Shown here in pieces: positions 9,062-20,935 of a DNA stretch of 64,000 nt (position 1 is the first letter of the stretch; every line of letters starts with the position of its first letter). Both the position numbers and the translations under genes were made by a program. The DNA comes from Macrostomum lignano. Lineage: Eukaryota. The notes under the pieces are model-generated. The model was given only the letters and a program-made list of their open reading frames with translations. It was not told where the DNA came from and ran no database searches. The stretch is taken from positions 1 through 64,000 of the forward strand of contig NIVC01000497.1 in NCBI GenBank assembly GCA_002269645.1, read 5' to 3'.

Positions 9062-9844
9062 TGATAAATCTCTTACTAATAAAAGTTTACATCTAAGCAT
9101 ACAAAACTACTCACAGTTTTAAACAGTCAATCGACGTCTTTTAGCAGCAGTAGACAGACAGATCCAGCCGGTTGAAATTAAACTAATTGAGTCACCATAG
9201 CTATAACAACTAAATACTGCACTGAATATTTCATGAAAAAAATAAATACAAGACTTGTACTACAATTTTAATTAAAAAATGTTTTTTGGTACTTAAATAC
9301 AATAAACTGTGTCAACACAGTAAAAAAAACTACAATAGGTTTGTAACAAACGAATAAAAGAGATATTTATTAAATACATATACAGACATTACAACTTACA
9401 AGTATCTGATATATAAAAAATGTTATGCGTCACAGCCAGTGGACACATGCTACCTATAAGTTCTCTTACTCTTAAGAACATTACCTAGAAAAAATGTAAG
9501 TACTTTAGTCTTGTAAAATGAAACAACACAAAAATAACAATGGACGGAATGGTGGAATGTCTAATGTATAAGATACTTCAAATTGTTTTTAAATACAGTT
9601 GAATTTAATATTCACAACTTAGGTTCGCAACGATTGATTCGGTGCTATAATCTAAAGATATCAGATATCTGCAGGTTTCTAACTAATCAGCTGCGCAAGA
9701 CAATACAATTTATTATGTACGAGTAATTCATGATATTTAGTCAGTTAACTATTTCGTTCTACAATCGATCAAATTTAAAACTTTTAATCTCGCAGCTCAA
9801 GCAACTGGAATTACTGGATATCTGGAAGGCTGTCCCACCAACTG

Positions 9845-10620
9845 AGGATCTGGGATGCTGGTCCAGAAAATGAGGATCTGGGATGCTGGTCCAGAAAATG
9901 AGGATCTGGGATGCTGGTCCAGAAAATGAGGATCTGGGATGCTGGTCCAGAAAATGAGGATCTGGGATGCTGGTCCAGAAAATGAGGATCTGGGATGCTG
10001 GTCCAGAAAATGAGGATCTGGGATGCTGGTCCAGAAAATGAGGATCTGGGATGCTGGTCCAGAAAATGAGGATCTGGGATGCTGGTCCAGAAAATGAGGA
10101 TCTGGGATGCTGGTCCAGAAAATGAGGATCTGGGATGCTGGTCCAGAAAATGAGGATCTGGGATGCTGGTCCAGAAAATGAGGATCTGGGATGCTGGTCC
10201 AGAAAATGAGGATCTGGGATGCTGGTCCAGAAAATGAGGATCTGGGATGCTGGTCCAGAAAATGAGGATCTGGGATGCTGGTCCAGAAAATGAGGATCTG
10301 GGATGCTGGTCCAGAAAATGAGGATCTGGGATGCTGGTCCAGAAAATGAGGATCTGGGATGCTGGTCCAGAAAATGAGGATCTGGGATGCTGGTCCAGAA
10401 AATGAGGATCTGGGATGCTGGTCCAGAAAATGAGGATCTGGGATGCTGGTCCAGAAAATGAGGATCTGGGATGCTGGTCCAGAAAATGAGGATCTGGGAT
10501 GCTGGTCCAGAAAATTAGGATCTGGGATGCTGGTCCAGAAAAAGAGGATCTGGTGGCTGGCCCAGCAACTGAGGATCTGGGAGGCTAGTCCAGAAAATGA
10601 GGATCTGGTGGCTGACCCAG
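9845..10620. repeat. 28-bp minisatellite (GAGGATCTGGGATGCTGGTCCAGAAAAT)n
   Basis: About 25 near-identical copies. Confidence 0.97.
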
Positions 10621-10765
10621 CCGCTGAGGATCTGCAAGATATCAGATATCAGATAGGTGGTTCAACAATTTCAGAATTCAGAATAACTCTGATTAAAAAC
10701 CGAAATAGAACAAAACTCAATATTTTAATTAAAAGCAGTCATAATTAGCACAGTAAAGAAGTCAA

Positions 10766-11479
10766 TCAAGCAATGGTGGTTTGGCCGGCGTTCCTCCTTC
10801 GCAACTCGGTACCCTCGAAGGCATTGTTATAATAGACGTAGCCGTCTTCCCTGGACTCGCCAGACTGATCCAATCCGTCAGCATTGAAATACTCCATCTT
10901 GTGGTGAAACTTCAATGCCTGAACAGTTTGAAACACTTTGATAGTGTACAGGCCCATGATCACTTCTAGCAGTACGAATATGAATTCCACAGAGTGCATG
11001 ACGATCTCGAAGGGATTCACCAGCAGATAATAGTTGAATAGAAAGAAGCAGATAGCTGGCAGCTGTATAATAGTCGTGATAAGCCAACTACCGGCTAAAT
11101 CGGCAATATTCTCCGACAGATTGCCGAAGTAGCCAATGTAAAGCCGGATGAATTCCAGGATGCAATACAAGCAGAACAGGGCGATCAATATTGGCTGATA
11201 GATGTAATTCAGCTGGCTGTACTTGTCAACTATGGACAATAGGAAGCCGACAATCCAGAATGGAGCAAAGAATGCGTTGAAATAATACACAATCTGCAAT
11301 GGCAGGAAGGTGGCGTACTCAAGCCCTGTGCGGCCAGTCTGTAAGCGGATCTTCTCCAAGTCCTGCTTGCGAACTGGGAACATTTGATTGGTCATGCGGC
11401 CCATTGCTGACCGCCAGGTGCCTTGCAGGCGTTGCACAGCCTGGCTGGCTTGCTGCTGCATGCTGTTCATTGTGTTCAT
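10766..11479 (-). CDS. TMEM17: Transmembrane protein 17 (ciliary transition zone, TMEM17/216 family), single coding exon, 237 aa
   Basis: LPLQIVYYFNAFFAPFW...IRLYIGYFGNLSENIADLAGSWLITTIIQLP matches the TMEM17 motif RLYLGYxGNLxExVxxLAGFW; four hydrophobic segments. Confidence 0.9.
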   Translation of the reverse strand: MNTMNSMQQQASQAVQRLQGTWRSAMGRMTNQMFPVRKQDLEKIRLQTGRTGLEYATFLPLQIVYYFNAFFAPFWIVGFLLSIVDKYSQLNYIYQPILIALFCLYCILEFIRLYIGYFGNLSENIADLAGSWLITTIIQLPAICFFLFNYYLLVNPFEIVMHSVEFIFVLLEVIMGLYTIKVFQTVQALKFHHKMEYFNADGLDQSGESREDGYVYYNNAFEGTELRRRNAGQTTIA

Positions 11480-11599
11480 TTGGTCTGCTTGGGTTTCTGG
11501 CGATGCTGCTGTCTAGCGATATCACTGCTTGTCTGCTTCAGTTGTTCGAGCGTAGGCATGAAAAATCATATAAATCACTATTCAGCTGTAACTGCCTGG

Positions 11600-12320
11600 A
11601 ATCTGGGAGCCCAGAAACTGGGGATCTGGGAGGCTGGCCCAGCAACTGAGGATCTGGGAGGCTGGCATAGCAACTGAGGATCTGGGAGGCTGGCCCAGCA
11701 ACTGAGGATCTGGGAGGCTGGCCCAGCAACTGAGGATCTGGGAGGCTGGCCCAACAACTGAGGATCTGGGAGGCTGGCCCAGCAACTGAGGATCTGGGAG
11801 GCTGGCCCAGCAACTGAGGATCTGGGAGGCTGGCCCAGCAACTGAGGATCTGGGAGGCTGGCCCAGCAACTGAGGATCTGGGAGGCTGGCACAGAAACCG
11901 GGGATCTGGGAGGCTGGCATAGCAACTGAGGATCTGGGAGGCTGGCCCAGCAACTGAGGATCTGGGAGGCTGGCCCAGCAACTGAGGATCTGGGAGGCTG
12001 GCCCAACAACTGAGGATCTGGGAGGCTGGCCCAGCAACTGAGGATCTGGGAGGCTGGCCCAGAAACCGGGGATCTGGGAGGCTGGCCCAGCAACTGAGGA
12101 TCTGGGAGGCTGGCCCAGCAACTGAGGATCTGGGAGGCTGGCATAGCAACTGAGGATCTGGGAGGCTGGCATAGCAACTGAGGATCTGGGAGGCTGGCCC
12201 AGCAACTGAGGATCTGGGAGGCTGGCACAGAAACCGGGGATCTGGGAGGCTGGCCCAGCAACTGAGGATCTGGGAGGCTGGCCCAGCAACTGAGGATCTG
12301 GAGGCTGGCCCAGCAAGAGT
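11600..12320. repeat. 28-bp minisatellite (GAGGATCTGGGAGGCTGGCCCAGCAACT)n
   Basis: About 25 copies, homologous to the 9845-10620 array. Confidence 0.97.
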
Positions 12321-13024
12321 AATACTAAAGCTTTCACTAAAGCTAAATTTCGAAAGAACCATAACTAGCAGCGCTTTGATATGTTTTGTCTAAAAATATA
12401 ACAAAACTGAAAATAAAATCTAGAAAGCAACATATTTATTGTGTGTGAATGGTGAACTAGAACACCGGCCGTGCGCAGCTAACAAAGCTTTTGAGTAGAT
12501 TGCTGAATAACGGAAAAATTGCTGTTTGAGTAAATAACAGCCATATAAACACGTCTGACAAGTTAACGGTTAATTATCAAGGACAACAAAAAATTCTAGA
12601 ACAAAATACATAAAAGGTTTCAAAGATGCAAACAAAAATTTTGTAGTAAAAAAGAAAAATTTGACAGAAATTACAAACTTTAAGCTGACAAATCCAGGAT
12701 AATATAGCGCATAAACTATGTACTAACCATGAAGGGACTACGAGCCTGACTCTAGTCGTGTTCGCAACAAGGTACAATTAGTATTGATAATAAGCAGGAT
12801 TTGAAATCCAACAGTGCCTAATATACAGACTTAACACGACGTATTGGAGTGTTGTACATCGAGTTCGAATTGAAAATCTACTAATGTACGCATGCTGCGT
12901 TAGCTAAGGTTAGCTCAATAAATATACAGCATACGTGTAGGAGCTGTTTTGATCTATTTTAGCTCACTCAGGGCCGCTACACCAAAGAAAGACAGGTGGT
13001 GAAAAAATGACTTTTAAGAACTGG

Positions 13025-13026
13025 GG

Positions 13027-13071
<45 letters not shown>

Positions 13072-13132
13072 GGCAGACAGACAGACAGACAGGCACACAC
13101 TAAAACACTGAGACAGCCAGACAGACAGCCAG

Positions 13133-13187
<55 letters not shown>

Positions 13188-13216
13188 GGCACACACTAAA
13201 ACACTGAGACAGCCAG

Positions 13217-13291
<75 letters not shown>

Positions 13292-13523
13292 GCCAGACAG
13301 ACAGGCAGACAGCCAGACAGCCAGACAGACAGACAGACAGACAGACAGCCAGACAGACAAGCAGAGAGACAGACAGACAGCCAGACAGACAGACAGCAGG
13401 CAGACACTAAAACACTAAGACAGCCAGACAGACAGACGGACAGACAGACAGCCAGACAGACAGGCAGACAGACAGACAGACAGGCACACACTAAAACACT
13501 GAGACAGCCAGACAGACAGCCAG

Positions 13524-13586
<63 letters not shown>

Positions 13587-13831
13587 GCCAGACAGACAGG
13601 CAGACAGCCAGACAGCCAGACAGACAGACAGACAGACAGCCAGACAGACAAGCAGACAGACAGACAGACAGCCAGACAGACAGACAGCAGGCAGACACTA
13701 AAACACTAAGACAGACAGACAGACAGACGGACAGACAGACAGCCAGACAGACAGCCAGACAGACAGCCAGACAGACAGCCAGACAGACAGACAGACAGAC
13801 AGCAGGCAGACACTAAAACACTAAGACAGCC

Positions 13832-13876
<45 letters not shown>

Positions 13877-13930
13877 GGCAGACAGACAGACAGACAGACA
13901 GGCAGACAGGCAGACAGCCAGACAGCAGGC
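13025..13930. repeat. (GACA)n compound microsatellite
   Basis: Direct observation. Confidence 0.97.
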
Positions 13931-13938
13931 AGGCGATC

Positions 13939-16900
13939 CTACAGGCCCTGACTCTTATCCGTGGCGCAGCGAAGCACCGCGGCCTGGCCTCGATGAGCCA
14001 CAGTAAAAGTGCACGGACCCTGAAGCCAGGGCTCACCATCCACCTGCACCGGGACGCTGCCGGACCGCAGTACAATCTGCAGATTCGAACCCTGGCCCAG
14101 CCGTATAGCCGGGGCTAATCCCAACTGCAGCTGGGCCATGTGGAAGCTGGAATGCAGCCCCATCAATTCGAATCGGCCGTCGCCGTGCGATTGCGGCCGG
14201 AAATGCAGCTGAGCATCCGGCTGAGCCGCCGAGGAGGCTGGACTCGACATCTTCGCAGACGAGGAATCGTCCGACACGGTCGGAGAAGCCGACGATCCCC
14301 AAGGTCTGCAGCCGGAGCCCCAGGAGGCGATGTTCAGCACGACCAGGCCTTCCAATTCTGGCAGGTTCAATGGTCGGCCGTCGAGAATCACGGTCAATCG
14401 GCGGTGCAGATAGCGGCAGACGCGCTCCCATAGGTCTCGGGTGCCGTAGCCAAAATACCTGGGGATAATTTAAATAGACTACTATTAGTTAGATACAGTC
14501 ACTCGTTAGTCAGTTAGATAAACACAAGCATTAGTGAATTAGATAGACAATCATTAGTCAATTAGATACAGTCACTCATTAGTCAGTTAGATAAACACAA
14601 ACATTAGTGAATTAGATAGACAATCATTAGTCAATTAGATACAGTCACTCATTAGTCAGTTATACTTAGACACTCATTAGTCAATTAAGTACACGCATTG
14701 GTCAATTAGATAAAGACAATCATTAGTGAATTAGATGGACAATCATTAGTGAATTAGATGGACAATCATTAGTGAATTAGATGGACAATCATTAGTGAAT
14801 TAGATGGACAATCATTAGTGAATTAGAATATTAGATGGACAATCATTAGTGAATTAGATAAAGACAATCATTAGTGAATTAGATGGACAATCATTAGTGA
14901 ATTAGATGGACAATCATTAGTGAATTAGATGGACAATTATTAGTGAATTAGATGGACAATCATTTGTGAATTAGATGGACAATCATTAGTGAATTAGATG
15001 GACAATCATTAGTGAATTAGATGGACAATCATTAGTGAATTAGATGGACAATCATTAGTGAATTAGATGGACAATTATTTGTGAATTAGATGGACAATCA
15101 TTTGTGAATTAGATGGACAATCATTAGTGAATTAGATGGACAATCATTAGTGAATTAGATGGACAATCATTTGTGAATTAGATGGACAATCATTAGTGAA
15201 GTAGATACAGACAATCATTAGTGAAGTAGATACAGACAATCATTAGTGAAGTAGATACAGACAATCATTAGTGAAGTAGATACAGACAATCATTAGTGAA
15301 GTAGATACAGACAATCATTAGTGAAGTAGATACAGACAATCATTAGTGAATTAGATGGACAATCATTTGTGAATTAGATGGACAATCATTAGTGAAGTAG
15401 ATACAGACAATCATTAGTGAAGTAGATACAGACAATCATTAGTTAGTTAGATACAGTTACTCATTAGCCAATTGGATACAATCAATCATTAGCCAATTAG
15501 ACGCAGGCACTCATTAGACACATACAGTCACCTATTAGTCAATTAGATACAGTTAATGTCTCACCAAAGCTTATTAATCATCCGACTACCAGTTAGCGCA
15601 GGCAGCGATCGCCTGGCGGAGTCGAAATTCAAGGCAACCAGAGCGTCAACTCCTAGACTGAAGTAATTACTCATAGTAAGCCGTTTCGATCGAGACAACA
15701 GCAGCGATCGGCTGGGCTTCACAGATACAAGCCAACGATCTAATCGATCTACGCTAGCGTTAGCCAAGTTGCTTAACAACGCATCGACGCTATCTAGGTC
15801 GTCGGCGCTCGAACCCGGTCCCCAGCCTAGCACGCGGGACAGATCGTTGCCGGTGCCCAGCGGGAAAATTGCTAACGGAGGCGGCGGACTCAATCCCAGC
15901 TCTTCGATGGCGGACAGCACCCAGCCGACGGTGCCGTCGCCGCCGCACACAAGCAGCCGAGCTGTGACACCTTTGGGTAGGAGGCGGCACCAGCCCAGGG
16001 CCACTTTGGGCGGCACTTCGGACAGGTCCAGCACCTGCGAGAGAAGGTAAGTTTAGAGATTGATTATCATTGTTCAGGGAAATGAAGGACAGTGCTTTAT
16101 AGTGACATGCTTCAGGGCGATTATTCCTGGAAATTGAAGGCCGATTCTTTATGGAATTGAAGACCGACTCTTAATGAAATGATGGAATTAAGGCCGATTC
16201 TTGATAGAATTCACGGTTGATTCTTGGTGGAATTGAAGGCCGATTCATGATGGAATTAAAGGCCGATCTTTGAGGGAATTGAAGGCCGATTCTTGATGGA
16301 ATTGAAGGCCGATTTTTTATGGAATTGAAGGCTGATTCTTTATGGAATTGAAGGCTGATTCTTGATGGAATTAAAGGCCGAATCTTGATGGAATTGACGG
16401 CCGATTCTTGATCGAATTAAAGGCCGATTTCTGACTGAAGGCCGATTCTTGATGGAATTGAAGGCCGATTCTTGATGGAATCGAAGGCAGATTCTTGATG
16501 GAATTGAAGGCCGATTCTTGATAGAATTCAAGGCCGATTCTTGGTGGAATTGAAGGCCGATTCATGATGGAATTAAAGGCCGATCCTTGAGGGAATTGAA
16601 GGCCGATTCTTGATGGAATTGAAGGCCGATTCTTGATAGAATTCACGGTTGATTCTTGGTGGAATCGAAGGCAGATTCTTGATGGAATTGAAGGCCGATT
16701 CTTGATAGAATTCAAGGCCGATTCTTGGTGGAATTGAAGGCCGATTCATGATGGAATTAAAGGCCGATCCTTGAGGGAATTGAAGGCCGATTCTTGATGG
16801 AATTGAAGACCGATTCTTGATAGAATTCACGGTTGATTCTTGGTGGAATCGAAGGCAGATTCTTGATGGAATTGAAGGCCGATTCTTGATAGAATTCAAG

Positions 16901-19515
16901 GCCGATTCTTGGTGGAATTGAAGGCCGATTCATGATGGAATTAAAGGCCGATCCTTGAGGGAATTGAAGGCCGATTCTTGATGGAATTGAAGGCCGATTT
17001 TTTATGGAATTGAAGGCTGATTCTTTATGGAATTGAAGGCTGATTCTTGATGGAATTAAAGGCCGAATCTTGATGGAATTGACGGCCGATTCTTGATCGA
17101 ATTAAAGGCCGATTTCTGACTGAAGGCCGATTCTTGATGGAATTGAAGGCCGATTCTTAATGGAATCGAAGGCAGATTCTTGATGGAATTGAAGGCCGAT
17201 TCTTGATAGAATTCAAGGCCGATTCTTGGTGGAATTGAAGGCCGATTCATGATGGAATTAAAGGCCGATCCTTGAGGGAATTGAAGGCCGATTCTTGATG
17301 GAATTGAAGGCCGATTCTTGATGGAATTGAAGGCCGATTCTTGATGGAATTGAAGGCCGATTCTTAATAGAATTCAAGGCCGATTCTTGGTGGAATTGAA
17401 GGCCGATTCATGATGGAATTAAAGGCCGATTCTTGATGGAATTGAAGGCCGATTCTTGATGGAATTGAAGGCCGATTCTTGATGGAATTGAAGGCCGATT
17501 CTTAATAGAATTCAAGGCCGATTCTTGGTGGAATTGAAGGCCGATTCATGATGGAATTAAAGGCCGATCCTTGAGGGAATTGAAGGCCGATTCTTGATGC
17601 AATTGAAGGCCGATTCTTGATGGAATCGAAGGCCGATTCTTGATGGAATTGAAGGCCGATTCTTGATAGAATTCAAGGCCGATTCTTGGTGGAATTGAAG
17701 GCCGATTTATGATGGAATTAAAGGCCGATCCTTGAGGGAATTGAAGGCCGATTCTTGATGGAATTGAAGGCCGATTTTTTATGGAATTGAAGGCTGATTC
17801 TTGATGGAATTAAAGGCCGATTCTTGATGGAATTGACGGCCGATTCTTGATCGAATTAAAGGCCGGTTTCTGACTGAAGGCCGATTCTTGATGGAATTGA
17901 AGGCCGATTCTTGATGGAATCGAAGGCCGATTCTTGATGGAATTGAAGGCCGATTTTTTATGGAATTGAAGGCCGATTTCTGACTGAAGGCCGATTCTTG
18001 ATGGAATTGAAGGCCGATTCTTGATGGAATTGAAGGCCGATTCTTGATGGAATTAAAGGCCGATTCTTGATGGAATTCAAGGCCGATTCTTGATGGAATT
18101 GAAGGCCGATTTCTGACTGAAGGCCGATTCTTGATGGAATTAAAGGCCGATTTCTGACTGAAGGCCGATTCTTGATGGAATTGAAGGCCGATTTTTTAGG
18201 AAATTTTAAAGCGATTTTATCGGTCTTAAAGGGTGGTGTTTTAAGAATTTTTTTAATCCCTAATTGGCAATTTGTAAGTAAAAAAATCAGGTAGCAACAA
18301 TCCAGTTGGCCGGAGCCTCTCACCTGAGCTGGGTTCAGCACCGCTCGGAATCGCTGCAGCACTTGGTCACCTTCACCACCGCCGCTGTGCCGATTGGCCA
18401 GCACAATCAGGGGCCGCCAAACGGCGGGCAGCCGGGGAGCCCGCACCATCGACAGCAGACTGGGCTGCCGACGGCGCGTCGGCTTCGACAGTTGCACGCA
18501 GTGCGGCGGCACCACCGCATCGGCGTAGCGACCGAAATCGCACAGCCTTGGAAGCTGGCGCCGCTGCGAAGGGTCAGCATTGTTGATTTTGTTGGCTTCG
18601 CCGCCTTCTCTTGTAGAAGTACTGGGAATGCGAATTTAAATGTCATATTACTTAAAAAAGCTAATTTTTTAGACTACTAATAGTAGAAATTAGTGCAGGA
18701 TTGAATTTTTCGCTTGGCGCTACCCGACTTAAACGCTAACGAGACCAAGAAGCGACCCAGAGTCACTTGCGTTGCCCACGGAGTCGTTGCAGGTAACACA
18801 GGTAAAATATAAAAAATTGACTCTCTAAAACACTCTAGACGGCTCTAAAACGAGATGTCACGGTGAGGGCCCAAAAAAGTCGTCAAAGAGTTGCCAAAAG
18901 AGTCGCTAGTGAGTTGTTTGCAATCACGGTTTCCTTCTCTTCCTACTGTACTTTAAAACAGTTGTCCTTGGGCCTCACTCACGCTCCATTGGCAGTCAAT
19001 TCGGCGCAGTCTGGATGCACGCAGCGCTGGCACCAGGCGCACCGCAGGTCGCACAATCGGCCAGCTTCGCCGCAGGCATCACGACAGACGCAGCACATTG
19101 AATAGGCTGGCAGATTGCCTTCAACCCAATGATGCGGTGTGCCTTCTATGTCAGCATCCGATGATGGCGAGGATGACGAAGGTATCAAAGCGACAGGCTT
19201 GCAGGGCACAGCGCGGACTGCAACGGACAGTTCCGAATCGGAAACGCACAAGCCGCAGTGTTGACAGACGGCGCCTTCGAGCATAGCGGCTCCGCCGGAG
19301 ACTCCACAATAGGCTGGCCGATCGAAGTGACCGATTCGACGCCACCGGTGGCCGTTGTTGCTAGGAGCGGCGCCGTCATCCGGGGCCGGCACACTGGGAT
19401 CCGGTAGGCGACGGTGCCGCAGCTTTCTCAGGTAGATTAATAAGTAGGTGAGCAATAGAAGGCCGGCAGCGTATAGTGCCTGCCACGCCCAGTGGGGGGC
19501 CTGCAATAGAGTCAT
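13939..19515 (-). CDS. DGKE: Diacylglycerol kinase epsilon-like; exons 18983-19515, 18324-18546, 15565-16034, 13939-14458
   Basis: N-terminal TM segment, two C1 domains (HHWVEGNLP...C..C...CAWCQRCVHPDC), catalytic NRHSGGGEG, CGGDGTVGWV and PLGTGNDLSRVLGWG, and accessory LPELEGLVVLNIASWGSGCRPW...VPVQVDGEPW. GT-AG junctions are phase-consistent. Confidence 0.93.
14480..15550. repeat. 23-bp minisatellite (TTAGTGAATTAGATGGACAATCA)n, DGKE intron
   Basis: Direct observation. Confidence 0.95.
16130..18200. repeat. 23-bp minisatellite (GGAATTGAAGGCCGATTCTTGAT)n with higher-order variant blocks, DGKE intron
   Basis: About 85 copies; variant patterns recur. Confidence 0.97.
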
Positions 19516-19544
19516 GAGAAGCGACTGCACTAAGATATAACTGA

Positions 19545-20340
19545 CCTAGGCGCTGGATTGGACTGTCTATGGCTGGCCTGGGTGCTGCATTGGACTGTCT
19601 ATGGCTGGCCTGGGTGCTGCATTGGACTATCTATAGCTGGCCTGGGTGCTGGATTGGACTGTCTATGGCTGGCCTGGGTGCTGCATTGGACTGTCTATGG
19701 CTGGCCTGGGTGCTGCATTGGACTATCTATAGCTGGCCTGGGTGCTGGATTGGACTGTCTATGGCTGGCCTGGGTGCTGGATTGGACTGTCTATGGCTGG
19801 CCTGGGTGCTGGATTGGACTGTCTATGGCTGGCCTGGGTGCTGCATTGGACTGTCTATGGCTGGCCTGGGTGCTGCATTGGACTGTCTATGGCTGGCCTG
19901 GGTGCTGCATTGGACTGTCTATGGCTGGCCTGGGTGCTGCATTGGACTGTCTATGGCTGGCCTGGGTGCTGCATTGGACTGTCTATGGCTGGCCTGGGTG
20001 CTGCATTGGACTGTCTATGGCTGGCCTGGGTGCTGCATTGGACTGTCTATGGCTGGCCTGGGTGCTGCATTGGACTGTCTATGGCTGGCCTGGGTGCTGC
20101 ATTGGACTGTCTATGGCTGGCCTGGGTGCTGCATTGGACTGTCTATGGCTGGCCTGGGTGCTGCATTGGACTGTCTATGGCTGGCCTGGGTGCTGCATTG
20201 GACTGTCTATGGCTGGCCTGGGTGCTGCATTGGACTGTCTATGGCTGGCCTGGGTGCTGCATTGGACTGTCTATGGCTGGCCTGGGTGCTACATTGGACT
20301 GTCTATGGCTGGCCTGGGTGCTGCATTGGACTGTCTATGG
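19545..20340. repeat. 32-bp minisatellite (GGCTGGCCTGGGTGCTGCATTGGACTGTCTAT)n immediately 5' of the DGKE ATG
   Basis: About 25 copies. Confidence 0.97.
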
Positions 20341-20935
20341 ATTTATGGATTTATACATGTTTAATTTCGAGAAAATGACGACAACAGTTTAAAAGCAAAC
20401 GAATAAATATCACGTATATTTTAGGATTAAAAAATTCTGAATAATTATTAGAATAAAATAAATACCAGCCGTACAACAAAACTTCAAATTTGTCTGCTTT
20501 CTTAATTCAAATAATAATTCTTAGATTCCGAACAGCAGCGATAAAAAACTGTGTCAGTAACTGGATAAATATCTAAACCAAAGAATTGTCGAATTGAATA
20601 CCAACTGAAAATAAAAACTCAATAATTTACAGGAATAACTGTGTAAGCTTCAATGTATTAATAAGAAGCTTTATTGTCTGCATATTGTATTGCAAGGCAT
20701 CGATAGCACATTAATTGTCATTAATCGGATGCAAATAATAAAACTGCGTTACAACAAAATCGATCGGTAATAAAAGTTATAAACCATATTCTAAGTAGTA
20801 GAGAAAGCATATTTATGCCTACTGTTTTCAAACTACCCTACTATTAGTACAAAAAACGAATCGTAACCGTAATTTTCTGTTGTTTTGTTATTTTTGAAAA
20901 AATTCAACTTCTTTTAAATATTTCCTGATTTCTCC

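Larger units (their letters stand above)
4270..9200 (-). ncRNA. Putative non-coding multi-exon snoRNA host gene (GAS5/UHG-like architecture)
   Basis: 12 GT-AG introns (donors GTAAGT/GTAAGC/GTAAGA/GTGAGT at plus-strand 4565, 5331, 5571, 5819, 6110, 6382, 6636, 6906, 8101, 8419, 8687, 9114; acceptors at 4314, 4609, 5357, 5623, 5869, 6154, 6437, 6683, 6943, 8167, 8454, 8731). Internal exons are 25-65 nt. Exon 8102-8166 has stops in all three frames. AATAAA on the minus strand at 4281-4286. The 5' end is approximate. Confidence 0.75.
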
